From assembly GCA_963756875.1 (NCBI GenBank), contig CAVWPA010000001.1, forward strand, positions 32,001 to 96,000: a DNA stretch of 64,000 nt. The letters are read 5' to 3'. The position numbers were made by a program, and so were the translations under genes. Source of the DNA: an uncultured Verrucomicrobiae bacterium. Lineage in GTDB: Bacteria; Verrucomicrobiota; Verrucomicrobiia; Chthoniobacterales; UBA10450. Below, piece after piece: positions 50,759 to 60,720 of the stretch (its first letter is position 1; each line of letters starts with the position of its first letter). The notes beneath the pieces are model-generated. The model searched no databases. It saw only the letters and a list, made by a program, of their open reading frames with translations, and was not told where the DNA came from.

Positions 50759-51460
50759 ATGAAACGAAAGTTCGATCCGGCCCTGCTGGAAATGATGGAC
50801 CGGCCGCAGCCGGTTTCCGTCGAGTTGGAGCGCGATTTGTTAAATCTTCGGCGCCTTAACCGCCATTTTGGCAGTTATGCCCTTGTGCTACGTTTCGTTA
50901 GACGCTGGATTAAACCCGGCGACCAGCTCCATATTCTCGATCTGGCGACCGGCTCCGGCGATGTCCCACGGGTGATTGTCGATTTCGCGCGAAAGATTGG
51001 CGCTACGGTGAAGATCGCTGCGGTGGATCGGCAACCGGCGATCCTGGAGATCGCCAGATATCTGAGCGGGAGCTATCCGGAGATCAGTTATGTCGAGGCA
51101 AATGTCCTGGAGTGGCAACCGCCCGAACGTTACGACATCGTGCTCTGCACCCTTGCGCTCCATCACTTCAGCGAACACGACGCCGCGACGTTGCTGCGGC
51201 GGTGCCGCGAGCTTTCACAAAGATTCGTCCTGGTATCGGATCTCTGCCGCAGTTGGTTTACCCGGGCAGGTGTTCAGCTTTTGACGGCGTTGATTTTTCG
51301 CGAACCGATGACCCGTTTCGACGGGCGACTTTCGGCCGAACGCGCATTTTCCTTCGCGGAAATGGATGATTTGGCCCGGCGGGCAGGTTGGGAAAATTTC
51401 GGCCACGAAGGTGTGCGGTTTGTGCGCCAGGCTATCTGGCTGGAAAATGGGCGACCCTGA
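50759..51460 (+). CDS. Class I SAM-dependent methyltransferase
   Basis: EMMD, ILDLATGSGD, LALHHF, DL.RS, DG.LS..RAF. Confidence 0.85.
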   Translation: MKRKFDPALLEMMDRPQPVSVELERDLLNLRRLNRHFGSYALVLRFVRRWIKPGDQLHILDLATGSGDVPRVIVDFARKIGATVKIAAVDRQPAILEIARYLSGSYPEISYVEANVLEWQPPERYDIVLCTLALHHFSEHDAATLLRRCRELSQRFVLVSDLCRSWFTRAGVQLLTALIFREPMTRFDGRLSAERAFSFAEMDDLARRAGWENFGHEGVRFVRQAIWLENGRP

Positions 51461-51568
51461 GTGCGGCGGTCGACCAATGCGCCCAGAGAAAGGCCCCGCC
51501 AGTAAGAAGTGTTTTTGCCGCCCGTTGAATTGCTCGCACCGGGCGCCTGATTCGACGATGATCGGGAG

Positions 51569-52390
51569 GTGAAGATCGTTTCGACCGTTGCAGGCGTTCC
51601 TCCGTCAAAGTCGAAGCGCGTGCTCGTTCCAACAATGGGCGCGCTGCACAAGGCGCATGGCGAACTGATCCGGGTGGCGCGCACGCGTGCCGGAAAAGAG
51701 GGCGAGCTGATCGTGAGCATTTTCGTGAACCCGCTTCAGTTTGAGCCGGGGAGTGACTACGAAAGATATCCGCGCCCGGAAGAAGCAGACGAGGAGTTTT
51801 GCCGGAATGCGGGTGCCGATCTCCTGTTCCGGCCGGCGGTCCACGAGATGTATTCCGGCGATTCCTCCGTGTTCGTGGAAGAGACGACGTTATCGAGCGT
51901 TCTTGAGGGGAAGGCGCGTCCCGGACACTTTCGCGGAGTCTGCACCGTCGTCGCGAAGTTGTTCCATATTATCCATCCCGATGTGGCTGTGTTTGGCGAA
52001 AAGGATTTCCAACAGCTGGCGATCATTCGCCGCATGGTGCGCGACCTCAATTTTCAGATCGAGATCGTGGCCATGCCGACGGCACGGGAAGAGGATGGAT
52101 TGGCGTGCAGCTCGCGGAATCGGTATCTCAACGCGGAAGAACGAAAACAGGCAACGGTTTTGCGCAGAGCATTACTGGCCGCAGCCGATGCGAGGGAAAA
52201 ATCCGCAAAAGAGATTGTCGATTTGGTTCGAAGCGTGATTAACGAGGCGCCGCTCGCACGGATCGATTATGTAGACGTTGTTGATGCGGAGAGTTTGCGA
52301 CCCATTGACAAGGTCCGGCCCAACTCCCTGCTGGCGGTCGCAGTATTCTTCGGCAAGACTCGCTTGATCGATAATATCCGGCTGCCATGA
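51569..52390 (+). CDS. panC: Pantoate--beta-alanine ligase
   Basis: VPTMGALH..H, SIFVNPLQF, RPGHFRGV, FGEKDFQQ, GLACSSRN, RLIDN. Confidence 0.96.
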   Translation: MKIVSTVAGVPPSKSKRVLVPTMGALHKAHGELIRVARTRAGKEGELIVSIFVNPLQFEPGSDYERYPRPEEADEEFCRNAGADLLFRPAVHEMYSGDSSVFVEETTLSSVLEGKARPGHFRGVCTVVAKLFHIIHPDVAVFGEKDFQQLAIIRRMVRDLNFQIEIVAMPTAREEDGLACSSRNRYLNAEERKQATVLRRALLAAADAREKSAKEIVDLVRSVINEAPLARIDYVDVVDAESLRPIDKVRPNSLLAVAVFFGKTRLIDNIRLP

Positions 52391-52403
52391 GGGAAGATGA
52401 GGT

Positions 52404-52458
52404 TGTGGCAACTGTGTCAGCCCCGAAAGCTTTCGGGGTTCGCAGAAACGCCCTACAA
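52404..52458. repeat. GTAG-type element with central 18-bp mini-hairpin
   Basis: tgtggcaactgtgtcag-ccccgaaagctttcgggg-ttcgcagaaacgccctacaa. Confidence 0.8.
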
Positions 52459-52481
52459 TTTGCGAGAAGGAGCGGCGCTCA

Positions 52482-54095
52482 GTGAAGGAATACGATTTCG
52501 TCGTCATTGGCAGCGGCATCGCCGGGCTGAGTTTTGCGCTAAAGGCGGCCGAACACGGCTCGGTCGCGGTGGTGACCAAGCGCAAAGGCGCGGACAGCAA
52601 TACGGCCTGGGCGCAAGGCGGGATCGCGTGCGTCACGAGTGACGAAGATTCGTTCGAACTGCATGTGCGCGATACGCTCGAGGCGGGCGCGGGACTGTGC
52701 GACGAAGCGGTGGTGCGCACCATTGTGACCGAAGGGCCCGCCCGGATCCAGGAACTGCTCGATCTGGGTCTGCATTTTGACGAGCGCGAGAATTCCGGAC
52801 ATCGCGAATTCGATCTGGGGCGCGAAGGGGGTCATTCCAAGCGGCGGGTGTTGCACGTGCAGGATGTGACCGGGAAAGAGATCGAGAAAACCCTGCTTCG
52901 GGAACTCGCGCGCCGGTCCCATGTCGATCTTTTGGAAAATCACATGGCGGTGGATCTGATCACAGCCGGCAAGCTCGGTTTCGCTTCCGAAGATCGTTGC
53001 CTGGGCGTTTACGTTCTCGATGAAAAAACGGGCCAGGTCGAAACGATCGGGTCCGATCGGATCGTTCTTGCGACCGGCGGTTGCGGAAAGGTCTATCTCT
53101 ACACGACCAATCCGGACATCGCGACCGGCGACGGAGTGGCCATGGCGTGGCGCGCCGGCGCAGTGATCGCGAACATGGAATTCATCCAGTTTCATCCGAC
53201 CTGTTTGTTTCATCCGAAGGCAAAATCGTTTTTGATATCGGAAGCAGTGCGTGGCGAAGGTGGCGTTTTGCGAAACAACCGCGGCGAAGATTTTATGAAG
53301 CGCTACGACCCTCGCGGGTCGCTCGCGCCACGCGATATCGTTGCTCGCGCCATCGACGCGGAGATGAAGCGCTCCGGCGCGCAATATGTCTTTCTCGATA
53401 TTACCGACAAACCGGTGGAGTTTTTGCAGGAGCGTTTTCCGAACATTTACGACACCTGCCTGCGGTTGGGGATCGATATGTCGAAGCAGCCGATTCCCGT
53501 TGTCCCGGCGGCGCATTATCAGTGCGGCGGAATTAGGACGGACGTGAACGGTGTGACGAGTTTGCCCGGCCTGTATGCGATTGGCGAAGTGGCCTGCACC
53601 GGATTGCACGGCGCAAACCGGCTTGCGAGCAACTCGCTGCTGGAAGGTCTGGTGGTAGCGCATCGCGCCGCGCAGGCCTCGATAAAGGAGAAGGAGTCTC
53701 GAAAGCATTCCAATGCGCGCGTCGCACGCAAGATTTCCCTGCCCGAATGGAAACCTGGTGAAGTGCAGGATGTCGACGAGTTGGTCGTAATCTATCATAA
53801 CTGGGACGAAATCCGGCGCCTGATGTGGGATTACGTTGGGATTGTGCGCACCGACAAGCGGCTGCAACGGGCCAGCGCCCGGCTGCGAAATCTCCAGCGG
53901 GAGATACACGAATTTTATTGGAATTTTAAGATCTCGGTGGATCTGCTTGAGCTGCGTAATCTGGCCACGGTCGCGGCGTTGATTGTCGATTCGGCCCTGA
54001 GCCGGAAGTCGAGCAGGGGTCTTCATTATACGCTCGATTATCCCCAGGCAGACGACCGGCAGTTTAACCAGCCGACATTGCTGAGCCGGGCCTGA
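52482..54095 (+). CDS. nadB: L-aspartate oxidase
   Basis: [53 protein letters not shown]. Confidence 0.95.
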   Translation: MKEYDFVVIGSGIAGLSFALKAAEHGSVAVVTKRKGADSNTAWAQGGIACVTSDEDSFELHVRDTLEAGAGLCDEAVVRTIVTEGPARIQELLDLGLHFDERENSGHREFDLGREGGHSKRRVLHVQDVTGKEIEKTLLRELARRSHVDLLENHMAVDLITAGKLGFASEDRCLGVYVLDEKTGQVETIGSDRIVLATGGCGKVYLYTTNPDIATGDGVAMAWRAGAVIANMEFIQFHPTCLFHPKAKSFLISEAVRGEGGVLRNNRGEDFMKRYDPRGSLAPRDIVARAIDAEMKRSGAQYVFLDITDKPVEFLQERFPNIYDTCLRLGIDMSKQPIPVVPAAHYQCGGIRTDVNGVTSLPGLYAIGEVACTGLHGANRLASNSLLEGLVVAHRAAQASIKEKESRKHSNARVARKISLPEWKPGEVQDVDELVVIYHNWDEIRRLMWDYVGIVRTDKRLQRASARLRNLQREIHEFYWNFKISVDLLELRNLATVAALIVDSALSRKSSRGLHYTLDYPQADDRQFNQPTLLSRA

Positions 54096-54210
54096 ACTGG
54101 AATGGATAGTGCTTTTTACAAGAATGCCCCGCGCAGGCATCGGATTTTCCGGTAAAATGCCTTGCCTGGAGGGGAGATATCGGATACAAACAAGACCACC
54201 CTATTTGCCA

Positions 54211-55026
54211 ATGAGACGGATTTTTGTCCCCTTGCTCCTGGCTAGCGCCCTAAGCGCATGGGGACAATCGCCTTACGAAAGTGCCGCTGATTTCGCCAAA
54301 TACGCGATGAAGCTGCGGGAGACGGCGCTCTTGAAGGTAGAGCCGATGGTTCAAATCCCGACCACGTCGCACCCCAGCAGAATGCGCTTCGCGTGGAAGA
54401 CCAATATTGTTACGACGGTTTTCTGGGTGGGCGAACAGGCTGGGCCGAATAATCCGGTGCCAAATGTCAGAAGCTCCTGGGACGCGAATTGGACCAGCGA
54501 CTACGGTGGCTTCGATAACCCGGATTCATCGGCACGGCGCAGCTACATTCCAGTGAATTTCATTCCCAGGCAGAATCCGTTTTACTGCGCGCTCCCGTAC
54601 AATGACGTTAGCCAGGGCCACTTCAAACCGGAGGCGCCGCTGGTTATCCCGTGGTTTAAACAGGCCTATACCGCTCCCGGCCGCTCTGTCTGCTGGCACC
54701 ACTGGATCGCAATCCGAAAAGGCAATCGCACCTGCTACGCGCAATGGGAAGATTGCGGCCCGTTCCGCACCGACCATTTTCAGTACGTTTTTGGTAGCGC
54801 GCGTCCGAAACCGAACCTAAACCAGGGTGCGGGCCTCGATGTGTCACCGGCGGTGCGGGATTATCTCGGGCTCCGGCCGACTGACGTAACGGATTGGCAG
54901 TTTGTCGACGTCCGCGATGTTCCGCCAGGTCCGTGGCGGACTTATGGCGACAACAACAACTTTGTGCTGGCGCGCCGTCAAATCGAAAAGCGCCTGGTGC
55001 AGCGCGGCTCGGACACAAAGAAATAG
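54211..55026 (+). CDS. Secreted hypothetical protein
   Basis: Signal peptide; conserved-looking TTVFWVGE, NPFYCALPYND, CYAQWEDCGPF, GLDVSPAV motifs. Confidence 0.72.
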   Translation: MRRIFVPLLLASALSAWGQSPYESAADFAKYAMKLRETALLKVEPMVQIPTTSHPSRMRFAWKTNIVTTVFWVGEQAGPNNPVPNVRSSWDANWTSDYGGFDNPDSSARRSYIPVNFIPRQNPFYCALPYNDVSQGHFKPEAPLVIPWFKQAYTAPGRSVCWHHWIAIRKGNRTCYAQWEDCGPFRTDHFQYVFGSARPKPNLNQGAGLDVSPAVRDYLGLRPTDVTDWQFVDVRDVPPGPWRTYGDNNNFVLARRQIEKRLVQRGSDTKK

Positions 55027-55036
55027 CGGTTTCGTC

Positions 55037-56755
55037 TTACCCAATACGCGCCTTCAAATTCTCGAAGGTTTCCTGCACTTCTTTCGCGCGCTTTAGCAGC
55101 GGCTCATAGGTTCGACGCTGGGTCAGGCAGAATATTGCGAGCGGTTGGAAAGCGGTCGCAACTTCCTTGTAAAACAGGGCGATCGCGTGGTTGAGCTGCT
55201 GCTCGATGGCTTTGCTCAGCTCGGCGCATTTTGCTTCCATTTGCTGCTCGTACACACGCAGGATTTTTCGCCTCTGGCCGAAGGCGACAATCGCTCCAAT
55301 CGCCGCGGCGGAGGCGGCCACGATGCCTGTTACATCGGCTACCGCGGCGCTACTCATGGCGGCAATCAATGCGACGATTCCACCGGCTGCGGCGACTCCC
55401 GCGGGCAGTCGCAACCGTGTCGACGTTTCGTGGAACATTCGCGCGAGCAGCTCTTCGATCGACTTGCCCGAAGCCCGCTCCATTAGTGCAAGCTGGATCG
55501 ATTGTAAAAGTTCCCGGCGCTGGCGCGCAAAGTCAGGAATGGTTTTCGGCACCTGGCGGCGCAATTCGGTTCCCAATTGCTGGTCGATCATATCGTGCAA
55601 TTGCGGCCAGAGCCCGCGCAGATCCGTCTCCAACAGGCGCACCGCCTGCTCGACCTCGGGCTGCACAGTTTGCTTCAGTTTTGCTTCAACTTCCCCCTGG
55701 AAATCGCGCAACGGCTGCTGCCGGCTCCAGAGCAATCTCCAGGTCCGCCAGAAGGATAATTTTCGCTCCAGAAGCTTTGTGCCCTCCCCGGCCGCCGTGC
55801 GACAGGATTGTTCCACTCCGCGCAGAAATCCCGCCACCTGCCGCGATGTTTGCTCATTCCGCGTTTGGAGCAGGAGATCGATGCGGGAAAGCCGCGCTTC
55901 ATCCTGAGCGATCACTTCAAAAGACTCCCGAAGCTGGCCCACGAACTCATCGAGCATCACGCGCGAAGTCTGCACGGTCGATCGCAACTTCAACATGCGC
56001 GCGCTTGATTCGCTCACGATCAGATTAATCTGCTCCTCCAATGGACCGAAATCGCTCTCGCGCCAGAGTTGTTCCTTGTCCATTCCGCTTGTTCGCGCCA
56101 GCAGCGCTTTGCGGGCCGAGACAGTAAAGATGGGTGGCACAAACCCGAGTCGCCGCATCGCGCTGTCCTGAAGGTGGCGGCGGATGATCTCAATCTCGGA
56201 AGGCTCGCGCAGGTCGACTTGTTGCAGAACAAAAACGACATTCTTTAGCCATTTCTTTTGCAGCAAGCCCAGGAAATCCCAGGCCGACTGGGTCCACGGG
56301 TTTGCCACGGAGAAGACGAACAGAATGAGATCGGCCCGGGGAACGAAGTTTTCGGTGATCGTCTGATGACCGGGAACCATGGTGTTGGTGCCGGGCGTAT
56401 CGACTACGTTGAAGTCGCGCAAAAAAGGAATCGGCAGGTAACGTTCCGTCAGCTGTGGCGAGATCTCCACGGATTTTTCATCGGTCCCGTAGCGAAAAAT
56501 ATAAACGCGATCCGTCGCGGGGAGGACGTCGACCTTGGCAAACTCCTTGCCGAAAAGTGCGTTGAGGAGCGACGATTTGCCCGATTTGACTTCGCCCACT
56601 GCAACGAAAAGCAGCGGCTCGCGAATGTCGGTCAGAAGAGCATGCAGCGTATCGAGCGCGGAAGAAGGCCGGCGCATTTCGGAGCCAAGCTTCAACAATC
56701 CGGCGAGCGCAGTTTCGAGCTCGCTTCGAAGCTGCAAGTATTGATCGGCAACCAT
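55037..56755 (-). CDS. Dynamin-like GTPase
   Basis: GEVKSGKSS (G1), PATD (G2), DTPGTN (G3), long helical stalk with hydrophobic hairpin near the C-terminus. Confidence 0.82.
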   Translation of the reverse strand: MVADQYLQLRSELETALAGLLKLGSEMRRPSSALDTLHALLTDIREPLLFVAVGEVKSGKSSLLNALFGKEFAKVDVLPATDRVYIFRYGTDEKSVEISPQLTERYLPIPFLRDFNVVDTPGTNTMVPGHQTITENFVPRADLILFVFSVANPWTQSAWDFLGLLQKKWLKNVVFVLQQVDLREPSEIEIIRRHLQDSAMRRLGFVPPIFTVSARKALLARTSGMDKEQLWRESDFGPLEEQINLIVSESSARMLKLRSTVQTSRVMLDEFVGQLRESFEVIAQDEARLSRIDLLLQTRNEQTSRQVAGFLRGVEQSCRTAAGEGTKLLERKLSFWRTWRLLWSRQQPLRDFQGEVEAKLKQTVQPEVEQAVRLLETDLRGLWPQLHDMIDQQLGTELRRQVPKTIPDFARQRRELLQSIQLALMERASGKSIEELLARMFHETSTRLRLPAGVAAAGGIVALIAAMSSAAVADVTGIVAASAAAIGAIVAFGQRRKILRVYEQQMEAKCAELSKAIEQQLNHAIALFYKEVATAFQPLAIFCLTQRRTYEPLLKRAKEVQETFENLKARIG

Positions 56756-56765
56756 GCCGGAATAA

Positions 56766-57596
56766 TTAGCCGCTCGGGATGATCGACGTGGCCAGTGACT
56801 TTGCGCTTTTCGATGGAACCTCGGCGTGCTTTGCCGGAACAGGTTTGGGCGCCTGTGGGACTGCCATCGAAATTAACTCGGACACGGTCACAAACTTGAA
56901 GCCCTTTGCTTCGAGTTGGTCGAGCGTCGCCGGCATCGCTTCGATCGTTCCGCGATGAATATCGTGCGACAGAACGATCGAGCCGGGCCGCGTCATCTTC
57001 AGAATGCGATTGCACACGACCATCGGCCCTGGGTTCTTCCAATCCAGCGGATCGACATCCCAGAGAACGATCTTGTAGCCGAATTCCTGCGTGATCCATC
57101 TTTTCTGGCGCGCCGTAAGCGATCCATAAGGCGGCCGCAGCAAAGTCGGGCGAACTCCCGTGGCCTCGCGAATCGCATCGTCCGTCTTTTGCAGCTCGCG
57201 ACGGACTCCTGCGTCCGACATTCTGGCAAAAACCGGATGGTCCCAGCTGTGGTTGCCGATCTCGTGACCTTCGCGCGCCGCCCGGGCGACGATCTCCGGA
57301 TGCGCAGCGACGTTTTGGCCGATAACAAAAAAAGTCGCCTTGATATGTTGGGCCGCCAGAAGATCGAGAAGCTTCGGCGTGAGTTGCGGATTCGGGCCGT
57401 CATCGAAAGTGAGGGCGATATCGCGTCCACTGACGTGGATCCAGCTGAAGGAGACAGGCGTCGCCACCCGCACGGGCGGTTCAGTTTTCTCCGGCGCCAG
57501 CGGGGAAGCGGAGGGGGACGGTTCCTGTGCCCAGAGAGCGCCCGCGGCGACAAGCGCTCCGAGCAGGCAAATATGAGGGGGACGAAAAACGAACAT
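56766..57596 (-). CDS. Polysaccharide deacetylase (CE4/NodB)
   Basis: ALTFDDGP, ATFFVIG, HEIGNHSWDH, RPPYG, D.LDW, L.HD. Confidence 0.92.
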   Translation of the reverse strand: MFVFRPPHICLLGALVAAGALWAQEPSPSASPLAPEKTEPPVRVATPVSFSWIHVSGRDIALTFDDGPNPQLTPKLLDLLAAQHIKATFFVIGQNVAAHPEIVARAAREGHEIGNHSWDHPVFARMSDAGVRRELQKTDDAIREATGVRPTLLRPPYGSLTARQKRWITQEFGYKIVLWDVDPLDWKNPGPMVVCNRILKMTRPGSIVLSHDIHRGTIEAMPATLDQLEAKGFKFVTVSELISMAVPQAPKPVPAKHAEVPSKSAKSLATSIIPSG

Positions 57597-57839
57597 GAAG
57601 AGCGCCGTTGAGTGCCTTAAGACCTTTGCTGTTATGTAGCAGAGGCGGCTCATAACGCAAGGCCCGGACGTGTCCCATCACGGCGTTTAATGTGGAGCAA
57701 ATTAATTCCTGTTTCGGCCAGGATAAAGGCCGGCGACTGGCAGCTATCCTGCTGCTGAAAGTGCGGCGATCGGCGGCACTAAATTTCCGCTCCTGGAAGA
57801 TCGAGCTCGGGGACTTTTGGACCGGGGACACTCCAAAAA

Positions 57840-59735
57840 ATGAGAATATTGCTGGTCGAAGATCACCGGGAAAGTCGCAGAAGTCTGCAACGTTTACTCG
57901 AGCTGCGCGGCTACGACGTCGTTGCCGTGGAAAACGCAGAAGAAGCGGAAAAGGCCATTTCATCCGAGGCGTTTCTGTTCATCATCCTGGATTGGATGCT
58001 GCCGGGTAAGAGCGGCCTGGAGCTTTGCCGGGAGCTGAACGCGCACCCGCGTCGCGATGAGATGTTCATTCTTCTGGTGACGGCCCGCAGCCAGACCGAA
58101 GACCTCAAACAGGCCCTCGACGCGGGCGCGAATGATTACCTGACCAAGCCGCTCGATCTCGGTCTGTTAAATGTGCGGCTTGCCGTGGCGGAGCGGCGAA
58201 TTCTCGTTCTGGCTGAGCGCGCCCAGGCGCGGGCGCAATTACAGGCGGCGGCGAAGCGAATGGTCGACATTCTGGAGAACACGAACGACGGCTTCTTCGC
58301 ACTGGATCGGGATTGGAAATTTGCGTACCTCAATGCCAAGGCCGAGACCACTTTTGGCCGGTTTCGCAGCGAGTTGATCGGCCAGGATGCCCGAGACGAA
58401 CTTCCCTCTCTGGTCGGCTCCGTTTTTGAAAAGAGCTTTCGCACGGTGATGGACCAGCACCGCTCGATTGAGTTTGAAGCAACCGACCCGGACACAGGTA
58501 GAAATTGGTACGAAGTCAAAGCGTATCCGAACGGCGACGGCGTCTCGGTTTTTTTTCGCGACATCACGGAACGGAAACGTCTTGAAGACGAGCGGCTGAC
58601 GACGGGCAAACTCGAATCGCTCGGCACCCTGGCTGGCGGCATCGCGCACGATCTCAATAACATTTTGACCGTTATTTCGGGAAACATCGGCCTCGCGAAG
58701 GTTGAAGCGCCCGGCGACGCCGGGGTTCTGCTCTCGGCGCTCTCAAAGGCAGGTCGGGCGTCCCAACACGCTGCTCGTCTGGTCGGCCAGTTGCTCACTT
58801 TTGCCAAAGGGGGCGCGCCGCTCAAGAGCGTCACTGCCTTTTCGGAACTGCTTCGGCAATCGGCCGAATTCTCTTTGTACGGATCCAATCTTCACGCGGA
58901 GATCGATATCCCTCCCGATCTCTGGAGAGCGGAGGCCGACAGGGGACAGATCGAACAGGTGATCAACGCCCTCATGCTGAACGCGCGTGAAGCGATGCCG
59001 CAAGGTGGCACAGTGCATGTGTCGGCGCGCAACGTTGAATGGGACGAAGAAACGGGCGGCCAGCTTGCGCCAGGACGCTACATCAAGATCGCAATTGCCG
59101 ATAACGGCAACGGAATCGACGAAGCGCTCGCGAGAAAAATTTTCGATCCTTATTTTACAACCAAACCGGCTGGAAGCGGGCTGGGCCTCGCGATTGGTTA
59201 CTCGATCGTAAAAAGGCACGGCGGCATGCTGTATCTGGAAAGTTCGTCGTCTGAGGGATCGACATTCGTATTTTATCTCCCGGCGACCGACGTTCCCCCG
59301 GTCGCAGTCGAACAGCCGTCCGGGCAGCGCACGCTTCCTTTCCATCATCAGCGGATTTTGGTGATGGATGACGAAAGCGCCATTCGCGATCTCACGTCGC
59401 AACTGCTCGGGACCCTTGGATATCGGGTGACGGCGGTCCCCGACGGTCAGGAAGCCGTTAGGACTTATGAGCGCGCATTGCGCAAGGGCGAAAATTTTCA
59501 GGTGGTTATCCTCGATGCCACGATCCGCGGCGGCATGGGTGGGCTGGCGACGATCGAGTGCCTGAGAAAGATCGACCCCAACGTCAACGCGATTATTTGC
59601 AGCGGTTATTCCGACGAGGCGGCGCTTTCAGAATTTCTGACCTACGGCTTTCACGCCGCGTTGCCGAAGCCGTTCACCCGGCGCGAACTCGTCGATGTTC
59701 TGCAACGATCGTTGGAGGCAGGGGACGTCGACTGA
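57840..59735 (+). CDS. Hybrid sensor histidine kinase (REC-PAS-HisKA-HATPase-REC)
   Basis: N- and C-terminal receivers, PAS, GGIAHDLNN, NAREAM, DNG.G, FTTK..GSGLGL. Confidence 0.92.
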   Translation: MRILLVEDHRESRRSLQRLLELRGYDVVAVENAEEAEKAISSEAFLFIILDWMLPGKSGLELCRELNAHPRRDEMFILLVTARSQTEDLKQALDAGANDYLTKPLDLGLLNVRLAVAERRILVLAERAQARAQLQAAAKRMVDILENTNDGFFALDRDWKFAYLNAKAETTFGRFRSELIGQDARDELPSLVGSVFEKSFRTVMDQHRSIEFEATDPDTGRNWYEVKAYPNGDGVSVFFRDITERKRLEDERLTTGKLESLGTLAGGIAHDLNNILTVISGNIGLAKVEAPGDAGVLLSALSKAGRASQHAARLVGQLLTFAKGGAPLKSVTAFSELLRQSAEFSLYGSNLHAEIDIPPDLWRAEADRGQIEQVINALMLNAREAMPQGGTVHVSARNVEWDEETGGQLAPGRYIKIAIADNGNGIDEALARKIFDPYFTTKPAGSGLGLAIGYSIVKRHGGMLYLESSSSEGSTFVFYLPATDVPPVAVEQPSGQRTLPFHHQRILVMDDESAIRDLTSQLLGTLGYRVTAVPDGQEAVRTYERALRKGENFQVVILDATIRGGMGGLATIECLRKIDPNVNAIICSGYSDEAALSEFLTYGFHAALPKPFTRRELVDVLQRSLEAGDVD

Positions 59736-59779
59736 TAAAACGAGGCCCGGACCTGCTGCCGGTCGCCGCGCGGAAAGGT

Positions 59780-60223
59780 TCAACCTTTTCGCAATTTTTC
59801 GAGCTCGGCGATGAACGCCTGCGGTCCGCCTTCCATGTACCCGAGCGTGCCAACCGCTTTGCCATCTCCATTTAGAACGATGACGGTGGGGAAACCTTCG
59901 ATCTGATATTGTTGCGCCAGTTGCTCGTTTTGTTTCCGAACATCGGGGTTGAGGCTTTTCCACCGTGGGAAATCCACTTCCATGAGCACCAGGTTCTTGC
60001 TCGCGTAATCCTTGAACTCCGGCTTGGAGAAAACTTCCTGGTTCAGTTTAATGCACCAGGGGCACCAATCTGAGCCGGTGAAATCGAGCAACAGGAGTTT
60101 GTTGTTTTCCCTGGCTTCTTCCTTCGCCTTTTTGAAATCGGTCCCCCATTCGGAATCGGCGCGAATGGGCGATACCGCCAGCAAGCTGGCGACTATTGCA
60201 ATGGCGAAGACGAAGCGTTGCAT
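59780..60223 (-). CDS. Exported thioredoxin family protein
   Basis: Signal peptide, FTGSDWCPWC, VDFP, GFPT. Confidence 0.85.
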   Translation of the reverse strand: MQRFVFAIAIVASLLAVSPIRADSEWGTDFKKAKEEARENNKLLLLDFTGSDWCPWCIKLNQEVFSKPEFKDYASKNLVLMEVDFPRWKSLNPDVRKQNEQLAQQYQIEGFPTVIVLNGDGKAVGTLGYMEGGPQAFIAELEKLRKG

Positions 60224-60374
60224 GCGACAAACTTCAGCCAACGCCGGCTGAAGCGCAAGTGCGCGGCCACGGGTTTGCCGTTGCCTGTGCAAGCATTCTG
60301 AACGGCGGACGGCGTCGGCCCAGCCCGGCGTCGCGACGCCGGGCCAAAGCGCTCTCTATGCCAGCTATGCCAGC

Positions 60375-60653
60375 CTAGCGGATATGCCCGGAGACGAGCT
60401 TCGTCATCTCGAACATGCTCACCTGGCTTTTGCCATTGAACACGGCTCGCATCGCGTCGTCGGCGTTAATCTGGGTTCTCTTCTTTTTGTCCTGAAGCCC
60501 GTTTTTCTTGATGTAGTCCCAAAGCTTTTTGGTGAGCTCGGAACGCGGTAACGGCTTGGAACCGACGATTGCAGAAAGCTTGTCGTCGGGTTGGACTGGT
60601 CTCATGAAGGCGGGATTCGGCTTACGTTTGGAAGTTTTTTTGGTTTTCGGCAT
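60375..60653 (-). CDS. Stand-alone SWIB/MDM2 domain protein
   Basis: L..IVG...LPR.E.TKKLWDYIKKNGLQD...I..D, MFEMTKLV..H. Confidence 0.9.
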   Translation of the reverse strand: MPKTKKTSKRKPNPAFMRPVQPDDKLSAIVGSKPLPRSELTKKLWDYIKKNGLQDKKKRTQINADDAMRAVFNGKSQVSMFEMTKLVSGHIR

Positions 60654-60720
60654 AGACGCTGATTAATGCTTCACCTGCGGCAGGGCAATAATAATTTTAT
60701 GGAAACGAAATCTTTTTTTG

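Noticed and set aside
52539..54140. 533-aa antisense ORF opposite nadB (similar ones lie opposite pepF, sigma and aroA)
   Set aside because: Typical antisense shadow ORFs in GC-rich coding DNA, with no motifs
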